A stretch of DNA of 40,278 bases from Chloroflexota bacterium. Its GTDB lineage: Bacteria > Chloroflexota > Dehalococcoidia > Lucifugimonadales > UBA3495. Under the pieces are notes generated by a model. It was not told where the DNA came from. It saw only the letters and a program-made list of their open reading frames with translations, and made no database searches. The DNA lies in the NCBI GenBank assembly GCA_027623675.1, contig JAQBVF010000031.1, forward strand, positions 1 to 40,278, in the 5' to 3' direction. The translations under genes and the position numbers were made by a program. Shown in pieces: positions 18,893-28,421 of this stretch (positions are counted from its first letter, which is position 1; the number at the start of each line of letters is the position of its first letter).

Positions 18893-20071
18893 CTAGTCTC
18901 TCGTGCCGAACAATGCCACGGAGCAGGTGAATGAGCCGGGGCGGCCACCCAGGTTGTGGGTCAGGCCCAGGGTTGGGTCTTTCAGTTGGCGCCCCCCGGC
19001 CTTGCCCTGGAGCTGCTTGTAGACCTCATAGATCATGCGGATGCCGCTGGCCCCGATGGGATGACCGAAGCACTTCAGGCCGCCGTCGGTGTTCACCGGC
19101 AGCTCCCCTTCCAGACTGAAGGTCCCCGCCGCCACGTCCTTGCTGGCCCGGCCCCGGGGGCTGAAACCCAGGTCCTCGTAGGTGATCAGCTCGGTGATGG
19201 TGAAGCAGTCGTGGACCATGGCCAGGTCGATCTCCTGGCGGGGGTCGGAGACGCCCGCTTCCTGATAGGCTGCTTGGCTGGCCCGGACCGTCTCAGGGAA
19301 GTGGGTGAAATCCCAGTCGTTGCGCATGATGCCAAAGGCGCCCACGGAGAGGCCCAGTCCCTTCACCAGGATGTAGTCGTCCCGGAAGGTCTTGGCGATC
19401 TCCGGTGTGGTGATGATCGCCGCGGCCGCGCCGTCGGAAACGCCGCAGCAGTCGAAGAGTCCCAGGGGCCAGGCAACCATCGGTGCATTGGCCACCTGTT
19501 CCGCGCTCACCTCCCTCTGGAAGTGGGCCTTGGGGCTCATGGTGCCGTTGTGATGGTTCTTGGACGCTATCTGGGCCAGGGTCATCTTCCCATCTTCGTA
19601 GGGGATGTCATATTGGTGGAAATAACGGGTGGCGGCCAGGGCGAACTGGGACGGCGGCGGCACCGGCGGGTTTACATCGGCGCCGGCCGGTTCGGCCACG
19701 GCCAAGCCGGAGAAGCCGGAGTCCTTGAGCTTTTCCACGCCAACGGCCAGCACGATGTCGTAGATCCCGGCGGCCACGGCGTAACAGGCGTTGCGGAACG
19801 CGTCGGTGGCGGTGGCACAGGCGTTCTCGACGCGGGTGATGGGTATGTAATCCAGCTTCAGCGCCGCGGCCAGCGGCTGGCCGGTCCGGAACGACGCCAC
19901 GGTGCCCATCCAGGCTGCCTGGATATCCTTACCCTCCAGGCCGGCGTCCTCGTAAGCCTCGTAGGCTGCTTCCACGATCAGGTCGGAGGCGCTGGCATCC
20001 CAACGCTCGCCGAACTTACTGCAGCCCATTCCGATCACCGCGACCCGGTCCTTGATGCCGTTCATAACCAT
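18893..20071 (-). CDS. SCP-x/PhlC-type thiolase (acetyl-CoA acyltransferase)
   Basis: ENACATA (active Cys), VHDCF, GHPIGASG. Confidence 0.92.
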   Translation of the reverse strand: MVMNGIKDRVAVIGMGCSKFGERWDASASDLIVEAAYEAYEDAGLEGKDIQAAWMGTVASFRTGQPLAAALKLDYIPITRVENACATATDAFRNACYAVAAGIYDIVLAVGVEKLKDSGFSGLAVAEPAGADVNPPVPPPSQFALAATRYFHQYDIPYEDGKMTLAQIASKNHHNGTMSPKAHFQREVSAEQVANAPMVAWPLGLFDCCGVSDGAAAAIITTPEIAKTFRDDYILVKGLGLSVGAFGIMRNDWDFTHFPETVRASQAAYQEAGVSDPRQEIDLAMVHDCFTITELITYEDLGFSPRGRASKDVAAGTFSLEGELPVNTDGGLKCFGHPIGASGIRMIYEVYKQLQGKAGGRQLKDPTLGLTHNLGGRPGSFTCSVALFGTRD

Positions 20072-20106
20072 CTCCCGATTCCCAGAACCATAATATCCTG
20101 CGGCGC

Positions 20107-21528
20107 CTAATCCGCACCGCGCCGGGGCACCGCTTTCCAGTAGTAATTGTGGATGCCGTTCACAACCCGTAATTTTCGAAAGCTCATCTCCACCGGCAGG
20201 CCGATCCGGACTTCAGAGATCTCCCGGTCGGTCATCATGCAGAGCACCCGGCCACCCGGTGCGAAGTCGACCACGACGACGGCCAAGGGCGTGTCCACCG
20301 TGCCGGCCAGGTGATCCAGGGAATAGGTGAACACGCTTCCCGGCTGGTCGCTAAGCCTGATCGGCGTGGCATCGTCCATGGCTTGGCACTCGACGCAGAC
20401 CCGTTGGGGCGGGTATTGCACGTACCCGCAGTTGTTGCAGGTGGCGCCGTGGAACCGGATATTCTGATCGCTCTCCCGCCACATGGCCGTGACCGATGGC
20501 GACTGCGCCTGCGGCCGCCTGGAAGATGAATCGGTTACCCAGACGTCCCGCCATTTGGCGTAGGTTTCGTAGCTGTCGAGCATCGTTCCCGAGTCCAGGT
20601 AACGGGATAAACCCAAGGCCGGTCCTGCGTTTCCTATCGTGGAGGTAGTCCGGAACCCCAATACGTCGCTGCCGTCGCCGTAGGAGACGGTGAGCAGCAA
20701 CTGGTCCGGAGCGGCAACTTCAAGAGCGCTCGCCAACAGCATCAGAGGAAAGGCGGCGCCGGTGTTGCCCAGGCGCCCGAACAGCGGGTCCTGCACCTGC
20801 TCCGGCTGGAACCCAAGATGGCGGGCCAACTGACCGTGGCGGCGGGCGTCGGGACAGTAAAGCGCCAACTTGGCCACGTCCTTCACCGATACGCCGTTTT
20901 TCGCCATGAACCCGGATACGGCCTCGCCCAAGATCCTTTCCAGGCCCTCTTCGATGGCGAAGCGGTCTTCCCAGGAGCGGACGAACTGGTCGCCGGCGCT
21001 GCGCCAGGTGTCCATCATATTCTCGGTGATGGTGTACGAGCCGGCCTGCTCGGCGACAACGCCTCCGGTGGAGACTATGAAAGCCGCCGCGCCATCCCCT
21101 GAGTTGCGTTCGGCCTCGCCCTTGGGAGCGCCCTGGCGGTTGTCGCTGGCCACCACCAGCACATTCTTGGCCGAACCGGCGGTTACTGAATCCAAGGCCG
21201 ATTGCAATGCGGTGGTGCCGGCCCTTAGCACGTCGGTGATGTCGGCGGTGAAGATGTCCCGGCGCAGGTCCAGCGCGGTGGCGATTATCGACGCGCACTG
21301 TTTCTCGGCGTAGGGGGGAGTGGTGGTGGCGAACAGCAAGCCGTCGATATCTTCGCGCTGACCGAGGTCCCAACCGTTCAGGCAGTCGATGCACGCCGCC
21401 ACCGCCATGGTGATGCTGTCCTCGTCAAAGTTGGCTACGGAGCGCTGAGCGGCCGAGTCCCAGCCGGCGGTGTCCGCGCCCAACCGGTACCTGGGCACGT
21501 AGGCCCCAAATGCGGCGATTCCTGCCAA
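20107..21528 (-). CDS. HMG-CoA-synthase-like domain fused to DUF35 Zn-ribbon/OB-fold
   Basis: GAYVPRYRL, DEDSITMA, GDGAAA, GNTGAA, SYGDG; C-terminal CNNC..YPPQRVCVEC and VEMSFRK..YYWKA. Confidence 0.88.
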   Translation of the reverse strand: MAGIAAFGAYVPRYRLGADTAGWDSAAQRSVANFDEDSITMAVAACIDCLNGWDLGQREDIDGLLFATTTPPYAEKQCASIIATALDLRRDIFTADITDVLRAGTTALQSALDSVTAGSAKNVLVVASDNRQGAPKGEAERNSGDGAAAFIVSTGGVVAEQAGSYTITENMMDTWRSAGDQFVRSWEDRFAIEEGLERILGEAVSGFMAKNGVSVKDVAKLALYCPDARRHGQLARHLGFQPEQVQDPLFGRLGNTGAAFPLMLLASALEVAAPDQLLLTVSYGDGSDVLGFRTTSTIGNAGPALGLSRYLDSGTMLDSYETYAKWRDVWVTDSSSRRPQAQSPSVTAMWRESDQNIRFHGATCNNCGYVQYPPQRVCVECQAMDDATPIRLSDQPGSVFTYSLDHLAGTVDTPLAVVVVDFAPGGRVLCMMTDREISEVRIGLPVEMSFRKLRVVNGIHNYYWKAVPRRGAD

Positions 21529-21719
21529 GATGGTGTCCTATTCAGAGGGTTGATAGGGGGTCTGCCCACGCCCGCCAGGTCCGGGCGGCGCCGGGCAACT
21601 TTCGGTCATGCTAGCAGCTTGCCGAAATCGGTGTCAACGCGCCTTTGATCCCTGCCGGCGTCGGCCGTGGGTGCGCCTACTCCCACGCCTGCCGTGACCC
21701 CTGTCGCCAGCCACCCCTA

Positions 21720-21728
21720 TGATACAAT
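21720..21728 (+). promoter_or_regulatory. Extended -10 element upstream of ctpA
   Basis: TG-A-TACAAT. Confidence 0.4.
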
Positions 21729-21814
21729 CGAAAACTGCAATGTGATTGCCACGGAGCCTGCCCGATTCCTTAATAAGGTACCTGGCGTCCCCTCCGCGGC
21801 AGGAGTGAACACCT

Positions 21815-23002
21815 GTGATTCGGAACCGATTCCCCATCCCTTTCTTGCTGGTTGGCGTCATGGCTATGGTGCTGCTGGCGGTCGCCGCCTGCTCCGGCAG
21901 CAACAGCGACAGTCCGGACATCGAAGGACTGCCGCCAGAGTTCCAGCGATTGAGCGAGGTGTGGGAACTGTTGAACCGAGAGCATATCGACGGGGCAAAG
22001 CTGGACGCGGAGGCGATCAGCGACGGAGCCATCCGGGGCATGTTGACCGCCTTGGACGACCCATACGCCTCGTTCCTGGACCGCGAGCAATACTCCTTGG
22101 AGAGGGAAGATATCCGCGGCTTCTTCGGTGGTATCGGTGCGGAGGTAGGCGTACGGGACGGAATCATGACCATCTTGGCGCCGATGCCCGACACTCCGGC
22201 CGAGGCGGCGGGGGTGAGACCCGGAGACATCATTCTGGAAGTCGACGGCCAGAGCATCGAGGGCAAGAGCCTCCTGGAAGTTGTCCGGTTGATTCGAGGC
22301 GAAGAAGGGACCACGGTTACCTTATTGCTGCGGCACCTGAATAGCGCGGAGCCCGTTTCCATCGACATCGAGCGTGACATCATCAACCTGGAAAGTGTCA
22401 AACTGCTGATGCAGGTGGGCCGCATCGGTCACCTCCGCATATCCGGATTTACCGGCACGACAAATGATGAATTGGTGGCGGCGCTAGAGCGCTTTAACCG
22501 CTCCCAGGGTGTCGGCTTGGTGCTTGACCTGCGCAACAATCCCGGCGGCTTGGTGTCTTCGGTCGTCGATGTCGCCAGCCAGTTCATCAGTGACGGGTTG
22601 GTGTTGTACCAGGTGGACGCCAAAGGCAACCGCCGCAATTGGGGTGTAAAATCGGGCGGCAAGGCCCTGGATGTTCCCATGGTGGTGCTGGTGAACCGAT
22701 TTAGCGCCAGCGCCAGCGAGGTGTTCACGGGAGCGATCATCGATAACAACCGGGCCACCGTTATCGGCGCTACGACCTTTGGCAAAGGCAGCGTCACCAA
22801 CCTGTGGCCGCTGGACGGCGGTTCCGGGGTCAATTTCACCACCGCCCGCTGGTTCACCCCGAACGGGTCTCTGATCGAGGGGGAGGGAATCACCCCCGAC
22901 ATTATTCTGGATCCCCTGCAGCCCGACGATGATGAGGACCTGCAACTGGACCGGGCGATCGAGATTCTAAAGGAAGAACTCAGCCAGGCGGCTAAATCGT
23001 AG
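21815..23002 (+). CDS. ctpA: S41 carboxy-terminal processing protease (lipoprotein)
   Basis: Lipobox VAAC, GIGA PDZ, DLRNNPGG, SASASE, TFGKG. Confidence 0.93.
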   Translation: MIRNRFPIPFLLVGVMAMVLLAVAACSGSNSDSPDIEGLPPEFQRLSEVWELLNREHIDGAKLDAEAISDGAIRGMLTALDDPYASFLDREQYSLEREDIRGFFGGIGAEVGVRDGIMTILAPMPDTPAEAAGVRPGDIILEVDGQSIEGKSLLEVVRLIRGEEGTTVTLLLRHLNSAEPVSIDIERDIINLESVKLLMQVGRIGHLRISGFTGTTNDELVAALERFNRSQGVGLVLDLRNNPGGLVSSVVDVASQFISDGLVLYQVDAKGNRRNWGVKSGGKALDVPMVVLVNRFSASASEVFTGAIIDNNRATVIGATTFGKGSVTNLWPLDGGSGVNFTTARWFTPNGSLIEGEGITPDIILDPLQPDDDEDLQLDRAIEILKEELSQAAKS

Positions 23003-23010
23003 CGGAAGAT

Positions 23011-23538
23011 ATGGCAAAGAAGAAGTCATCCACTCCAACTATCCCGGCGAACAAGAAGGCGGCCGCCCCAAAGGCCGCCGCCAGTGACTTTCGCCCGGTG
23101 GCATCCAACCGCAAAGCCAATTTCGATTACGAGATACTGGAGCGGTACGAAGCCGGTATCTCGCTGACCGGCACAGAGATCAAGTCGATCCGGGCCGGGA
23201 AGATTGACCTGCGTGACGCCTACGCCAGGACGGTTAACGGTGAGATGTGGCTCTACAACGTCTACATCGCCCCCTACGACCCGGCCAGCGCCAACAACCA
23301 CGACCCGATGCGGGCCCGCAAATTGCTGCTCCACCGGGCCGAGATACTGCGGATTACCGCTTCGGCTGCCGAGAAGGGCCTGACCATCGTGGCGTTGCGG
23401 GTCTACATCAAGAAGCACGTGGCCAAGGTTGAATTGGGCCTGGCCCGCGGCAAGCGGCAATACGACAAGCGCCGGACGATAATGGACCGCGACATGGACC
23501 GTGAGGCCCGCCGCGCGATGGGCGCCAACAGAGGATAG
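23011..23538 (+). CDS. smpB: SsrA-binding protein
   Basis: NRKANFDY, EAGISLTGTEIKSIR, RKLLLH, GKRQYDKR. Confidence 0.97.
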   Translation: MAKKKSSTPTIPANKKAAAPKAAASDFRPVASNRKANFDYEILERYEAGISLTGTEIKSIRAGKIDLRDAYARTVNGEMWLYNVYIAPYDPASANNHDPMRARKLLLHRAEILRITASAAEKGLTIVALRVYIKKHVAKVELGLARGKRQYDKRRTIMDRDMDREARRAMGANRG

Positions 23539-23757
23539 CCCGCCTCCTGCCGTGCCGGTCCCGCATCAACTTAGAAAGACCAGTGGTGTTTTTGGTACGG
23601 CACCCGGTCCGTCTCGCATCCGTCACCGGGCGCATCCCGTCATCCTGAGGCCACACCCACTAACCCGATCCCACCTTGTAGGCTATAATCAACCGCTGGC
23701 TGGCGGGTGATAACCGATCGCCTACCGCCATCACCCCATGATATCTGGAGGACCAAC

Positions 23758-24264
23758 TTGATTCGTACCCTGGAAGGGATAACCCCCAAAGTTGCTGAGA
23801 CCGCCTGGGTCAGCGAGTTCGCCTACGTTGTTGGCAATGTGGAGATCGGAGAGTACGCCAGCATCTGGCCCGGCGTGACCATCCGTGGCGACAGCCCCGA
23901 CGCCATCGTCATCGGCGACTACGTGAACATCCAAGAAGGGTCGGTGATACACGGCAACGGATTGACCATTGAAGACCATGTCTCGGTGGGTCATTCCGTG
24001 GTGGTCCACTGCGACCTGGTGGGCCGAGGCTCCCTTCTGGGCAACAACTGCACCATCCTGAACCGGGTCACTCTGGGTGAGAACTGCCTGATCGCCGCCA
24101 ACTCGGTGGTGCTGGGCGGGACTCAGGTACCCGCCCGTTCCTTCGTGACCGGAGCGCCCGGCCAGGTGAAGCGCGAGGTAACCGACAAGCAGATCGCCCA
24201 GATGGCCCACACCAACGAGGAGCTGGTTAAGCGGGCCAAGTCCTTCAAGGACAGCGGACTCTAG
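23758..24264 (+). CDS. Gamma carbonic anhydrase family protein
   Basis: Hexapeptide repeats, IRGD, NIQEGSVIH, VGHSVVVH (three His); TTG start behind GGAGG. Confidence 0.9.
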   Translation: MIRTLEGITPKVAETAWVSEFAYVVGNVEIGEYASIWPGVTIRGDSPDAIVIGDYVNIQEGSVIHGNGLTIEDHVSVGHSVVVHCDLVGRGSLLGNNCTILNRVTLGENCLIAANSVVLGGTQVPARSFVTGAPGQVKREVTDKQIAQMAHTNEELVKRAKSFKDSGL

Positions 24265-24275
24265 GGACCGGCATC

Positions 24276-24310
24276 ATGCCGGCTGGAGGCCTGCCTAGCT
24301 CAGCCGGCAT
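24276..24310. terminator. Hairpin between convergent genes
   Basis: ATGCCGGCTG...CAGCCGGCAT 10-bp arms; no clear U-tract. Confidence 0.45.
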
Positions 24311-24349
24311 ACCCGGCGTCTGCCGGTCCGTAATCCCTATCTGTGTCGG

Positions 24350-25294
24350 CTAAGCCGGGCTAAGGCGGCGCGCCACGGGCAGCACCTTGTCGGCCAGGTG
24401 TTCCATCACCTTGACGCAGTCGGTCAGGCTTTCCACCCGGAAGTCGTAGGTCAGTTGGTCGATGCCGATCTCTTGGCAGGCGTGGAGGTCGTCAATCACC
24501 TCCTGGGTTGAGGCAACCAGGGACCCGCCGCTCCGCACGTGGCCGCCTTCGCCGAGGCCCATGTCGGTGAAATGCAGGCTGCGTTTCAATGAAACGGTAA
24601 CCTCCGACTGGTCCCGCCCCTCTTTTTCGACGCGCTCCCGTAGATAGGGCAGGTTCTCGGCCACGAACTCCGGCGTCTGACGGGTGGTGTGCCAGCAACT
24701 GCCGTACTTGGCGGTCCGGCGGAGGGCCGCCTTGGAGTGTCCGCCCACCCAAACGGGTATGCCCGGCTGCTGGATGGGTTTGGGTTCGAAATAGATCCCG
24801 TCGATGTCGTAGAACTTTCCGTGGTACTCCGGGTTCTGCTGGCTCCAGAGCGCCTGCATGATGCCCAGAAACTCGTCGGTCATTGCCCCTCGCTGGTGGT
24901 AGTCCAGCCCCAATATCTCAAACTCCTTCTCCAGCCAGCCCACGCCCACGCCGCAGATGATGCGTCCGTTGGTCAAGACATCCAGCGAGGCAAACATCTT
25001 GGCCTGGACCACCGGGTTCCGGTAGGGCAGGATTATGACGGTGCTGCCCAGCTTGATCCGGCTAGTACAGGCGGCCAGGAATCCCAGCAGGGTCATGGTC
25101 TCCAAGAACGGCTCGTCGGACGGCCGGGAGAACGACCCGTCGCTGGTGTAGGGGTACTGGTTGGTGCCCGCCGTGGGCAAAACGATGTGGTCGCCGGCCA
25201 AGACCGACTCAAAGCCCAGTTCTTCCGCGGTTTCAACGAAGTGTTTCAGGCCGGGCACGTCGGGCAGCCGGGGGATGGATAGTCCAATCTCCAA
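24350..25294 (-). CDS. LLM-class (probably F420-dependent) oxidoreductase
   Basis: AEELGFESV..GDH, TSRIKLGS.V.ILPYRNP, GVGVGW..KEF, PKPIQ, VWVGG. Confidence 0.9.
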   Translation of the reverse strand: MEIGLSIPRLPDVPGLKHFVETAEELGFESVLAGDHIVLPTAGTNQYPYTSDGSFSRPSDEPFLETMTLLGFLAACTSRIKLGSTVIILPYRNPVVQAKMFASLDVLTNGRIICGVGVGWLEKEFEILGLDYHQRGAMTDEFLGIMQALWSQQNPEYHGKFYDIDGIYFEPKPIQQPGIPVWVGGHSKAALRRTAKYGSCWHTTRQTPEFVAENLPYLRERVEKEGRDQSEVTVSLKRSLHFTDMGLGEGGHVRSGGSLVASTQEVIDDLHACQEIGIDQLTYDFRVESLTDCVKVMEHLADKVLPVARRLSPA

Positions 25295-25308
25295 GGTGTA
25301 AGCCTCCA

Positions 25309-25344
25309 GGTAAGATTGCGGGTAAGATTGCGGGTACGATTGAT
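25309..25344. repeat. Short 12-bp tandem repeat (GGTAAGATTGCG x2 plus one degenerate copy)
   Basis: Directly upstream of the LLM gene SD. Confidence 0.75.
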
Positions 25345-25417
25345 CGATCTCGTGGTCCGATGAGATTCCGAGAGCTTTGGGAGTATAACCAATGCCCGGT
25401 CGTTGGCGCAGCCGATA

Positions 25418-26296
25418 TCAGCAACCGGGCGGATACGTCTTCTGGAAGACCGTGACGCCATTCGGGTCGATGAGCGCGGCCCGGTCGGGGTTTTCGTTGT
25501 CCCAGACCGCGATCGACCGGTCGAATGAGAACCCTCCCGATTCCGGATGGTTCTCGTTGGTGTAGACGCGCGCCGTTGCGTCCGGCGCCATTTCGTAAAC
25601 GGGAAAATCGAAGATGGGCGCGTTGTCCGACACGTCCAGCAGCGTCCATCCGAACAGGTTGACCACGCTCGTGCCCCCGTTTCGGATCTGGACGTATTCG
25701 TCCGATTCGGTTTGCGGGACCACTCCGTCGAAGAAGATGCACTCGATGAACAGTCCAGACTGTGTCGGCGGCGGGGCCACGGTGGACGTCGGCAGCGGGG
25801 TGGGCGTCTTGGTTGGCAGAATGACCGTGCCCTGGGTTGCCGTTGGAGTTTGGCTGGCAGCCGGCGCTGGCGTGGGCGCCGGGGTAGCGGTGGCGTCGGC
25901 AACGGGTGTCGGCGAGCCTGGCTCACCCGCCGGTTCTAGTGTGTATTCCGGTGTGGGACCTGGCGTGGAATCAAGGGGAACCTCGGTTGCGAGTTCCTCC
26001 GTCGGCTCCCGAGTTGATCCGAAGGCGCCGCCGGTTATAACCAACAAGGGCGGCCGGGTGGGTCTTCCCGCCTGGAACGGACGAGAAGTCGAGCGCACGA
26101 ACGGCGTTGAAGTTGAAGCCGAAGGCGTTCGGGGCGGCGGCAAGATAAAACCTGAGTCGCCCGGTGATGCTCCGCCGGGCCGGACCACGGTCCGTCCCGG
26201 CGGACTGCTGCCGCCACAGGCGACGGCCAGAGTCAGTAAGACCAGGACCGTTGCCGGCCACAGCAGTCTGGGTCTGCCGCTCAACCGCATCGCCAT
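25418..26296 (-). CDS. Lipoprotein with Pro/Thr-rich linker and C-terminal lamin-tail domain
   Basis: Lipobox LAVAC; EYVQIRN.G..VNLFGWTL.D, VYT, VWDN..D.A.L.DPNG. Confidence 0.82.
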   Translation of the reverse strand: MAMRLSGRPRLLWPATVLVLLTLAVACGGSSPPGRTVVRPGGASPGDSGFILPPPRTPSASTSTPFVRSTSRPFQAGRPTRPPLLVITGGAFGSTREPTEELATEVPLDSTPGPTPEYTLEPAGEPGSPTPVADATATPAPTPAPAASQTPTATQGTVILPTKTPTPLPTSTVAPPPTQSGLFIECIFFDGVVPQTESDEYVQIRNGGTSVVNLFGWTLLDVSDNAPIFDFPVYEMAPDATARVYTNENHPESGGFSFDRSIAVWDNENPDRAALIDPNGVTVFQKTYPPGC

Positions 26297-26454
26297 GGCC
26301 CACGCGGTATGCACCAACGCAGTATTCAAATAAGTACTCCAAGGGTGGCCGCGCTCCCGACAGGCTCGGCTGGGAAATCTGCCGGCATGTGTTCGCCGGA
26401 GGACCCGGTATCTCTGTATCGAATCAACGGCCATTGCAACGGTAACTTAACGAT

Positions 26455-26482
26455 TTGCGGAGTGCAATCTGCATGCTATAAT
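26455..26482 (+). promoter_or_regulatory. Promoter with extended -10
   Basis: TTGCGG-16bp-TATAAT with TG at the extended position; AGGAGG SD downstream. Confidence 0.6.
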
Positions 26483-26563
26483 TTCCCGAACGGTGGCCGA
26501 GGACGTTATGGCGCCGGATCGGCCAGACACTTGATGCGTTATGGATGATTTAGGAGGTTAACC

Positions 26564-27376
26564 ATGGAAAAGGGTGGAGTACAGATAGACGCCGGATCGG
26601 TAGAGTTTGCCATGAGCTACCGCACAGAGATAATGGACGACCAGGGCCTGTGTGTTCAGGTCTACTCCAAGATCGATGGCGCCGACACCGAGATTCTTCG
26701 GTTCGACTGCTTCGACCAGGCCCCCCACTATCATTACGGGCCGGAGAACCACAACGTTCGTTTGTTCATGGACAAAACGACCGCCGGCAACCCGCTGGGC
26801 TGGACTCTGAAGAACCTCCGCGGCAACTTGCCGGCCATGGTCCGCCGCGCCGGGTACGAAGACCTGGCTGCTTCGCTGGAGAAGACCCCCGTTTCGGCGG
26901 CGGTCTTGGACAGCGTCGAAACCAAGGCCCGCGAGATGGTCCGGGCTGAGCGCCGCACCGTCCACCACAAGATGCCTGAGATGATTGAAGGAGACATGAT
27001 CGTCGCCGGAAACATCCGCTTCGGCCTGGAGTATCGGCACCTGCCCCAGGTCAATGACGAAGGAATGGCCATCCACGTGCTATCCGACGTCGCCGGACAG
27101 GAAGTTGAGCTGCTGGCCTTCGACTGCTTCCAGAACGGCCCCCATTACCACTACGGTCCCCGCAATCAAGACGTCCGCATCTATTGGGATGTCACCACCT
27201 CCGGCGAGACCCTCAAGTGGACGCTGGACCAGTTCAAGGGTGGCAAGTTGCGGTCCATGATCGAGCGGGCCGGCTACCCCAGCATCGCCTCAGAGCTGGA
27301 CGAAAACCTGCTCCAGGCAACGCTGCCCAAGATAGAAGCACGGTCCTGGGAACTGGTAGCGCTCAACAACAAGTAA
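26564..27376 (+). CDS. Hypothetical protein made of two tandem homologous domains
   Basis: FDCF...PHYHYGP, WTL and RAGY each occur twice; strong SD, own promoter and terminator. Confidence 0.85.
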   Translation: MEKGGVQIDAGSVEFAMSYRTEIMDDQGLCVQVYSKIDGADTEILRFDCFDQAPHYHYGPENHNVRLFMDKTTAGNPLGWTLKNLRGNLPAMVRRAGYEDLAASLEKTPVSAAVLDSVETKAREMVRAERRTVHHKMPEMIEGDMIVAGNIRFGLEYRHLPQVNDEGMAIHVLSDVAGQEVELLAFDCFQNGPHYHYGPRNQDVRIYWDVTTSGETLKWTLDQFKGGKLRSMIERAGYPSIASELDENLLQATLPKIEARSWELVALNNK

Positions 27377-27401
27377 GCCGCCAGCCATACCCCGCGAACC
27401 C

Positions 27402-27439
27402 AAAAGCCCCTTCCCGATACGTTCGGGAAGGGGCTTTTT
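27402..27439. terminator. Bidirectional intrinsic terminator
   Basis: AAAAGCCCCTTCCCGA-TACGT-TCGGGAAGGGGCTTTTT between convergent genes. Confidence 0.9.
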
Positions 27440-27471
27440 ATCTACCGGCTGCTGCTTATCTGAGTCCGCCG

Positions 27472-28266
27472 TTACATCATCGTATACCCACCGCTGACGC
27501 TCAAAGTCTGGCCGGTGATGAAGCTGGCCGCATCCGAAGCCAGAAAGACCACGGCGTTGGCCACCTCTGATGCCTTGCCCATGCGCCGGAACAGGTAATT
27601 CCGCTCCACCCGCTCCTTCACTTCCTCGGTGAAGATGGACCGCATCTCGGTCCACATGCTCTCGTCGCTGATGGACTCCCCATCCGGCGGCACCACCAGT
27701 CCGGGGCAGACCACGTTCAGCCGCAGCCCGTAACGGCCCGTTTCCCTGGCCACCGACTTGCTGAGGGCGATCACCCCGGCCTTGCAGGCCGAGTAGACCG
27801 CCTCCCGGTACTCGCCCATCCGCCCGGCGTCGGAACTGATGCAGACGATGGCCCCGGACCGCTTCTCCATCATGCCCGGCAGCACCGCGTGGATGCAGTT
27901 GATGGCGCCCCACAGGTTGACCTGCACCTCCCGCTCCCACTCGCTCCGGGGCTTCTCCATGAACAGGCGGTCAACGGTCCAGCCAACGTTGTTCACCAGA
28001 ACGTCCACCGGTCCGAACGTGGCGATGGCTTGCTCGATCATGGTGGCGACTTTCTCGGGGTCGGTCACGTCGGCGGGAATCACCGTCACCCGGCTGCCGG
28101 TGTTCATGGCCTCCACTTCACCAGCCACGATATCGCCCTGGCTGGGAACCAACTCGGCGATGGATATGTTCGACCCTTCAGTTGCGAATGCGTGGACGAT
28201 GGCGCGGCCGATGTTGCTGCCGCCGCCGGTGACGATAACGTGTTTGCCCTTAAGGCCCAGTTCCAT
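27472..28266 (-). CDS. Short-chain dehydrogenase/reductase (BadH-like)
   Basis: TGGGSNIG, NNVG, SSDAG, YSACK, ITGQTLSVSGG. Confidence 0.92.
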   Translation of the reverse strand: MELGLKGKHVIVTGGGSNIGRAIVHAFATEGSNISIAELVPSQGDIVAGEVEAMNTGSRVTVIPADVTDPEKVATMIEQAIATFGPVDVLVNNVGWTVDRLFMEKPRSEWEREVQVNLWGAINCIHAVLPGMMEKRSGAIVCISSDAGRMGEYREAVYSACKAGVIALSKSVARETGRYGLRLNVVCPGLVVPPDGESISDESMWTEMRSIFTEEVKERVERNYLFRRMGKASEVANAVVFLASDAASFITGQTLSVSGGYTMM

Positions 28267-28421
28267 GTTGGTGCTCCCCTTGATGTTGGGTGTAGATTTT
28301 GGCGCACACTTTAGGGCGGCGCAATATTTGTCGGTTTGCCCAGCGAGAATGACTGTTAATCAGGCCTGTAACTGCCGGGGGAAGGGACGAATCATATCGC
28401 GTTCGGAGGATGTTCTCTGGT

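Noticed and set aside
23539..23757. tmRNA next to smpB
   Set aside because: Gap is too short and lacks tRNA-like GGGG...TTCGA...CCA ends
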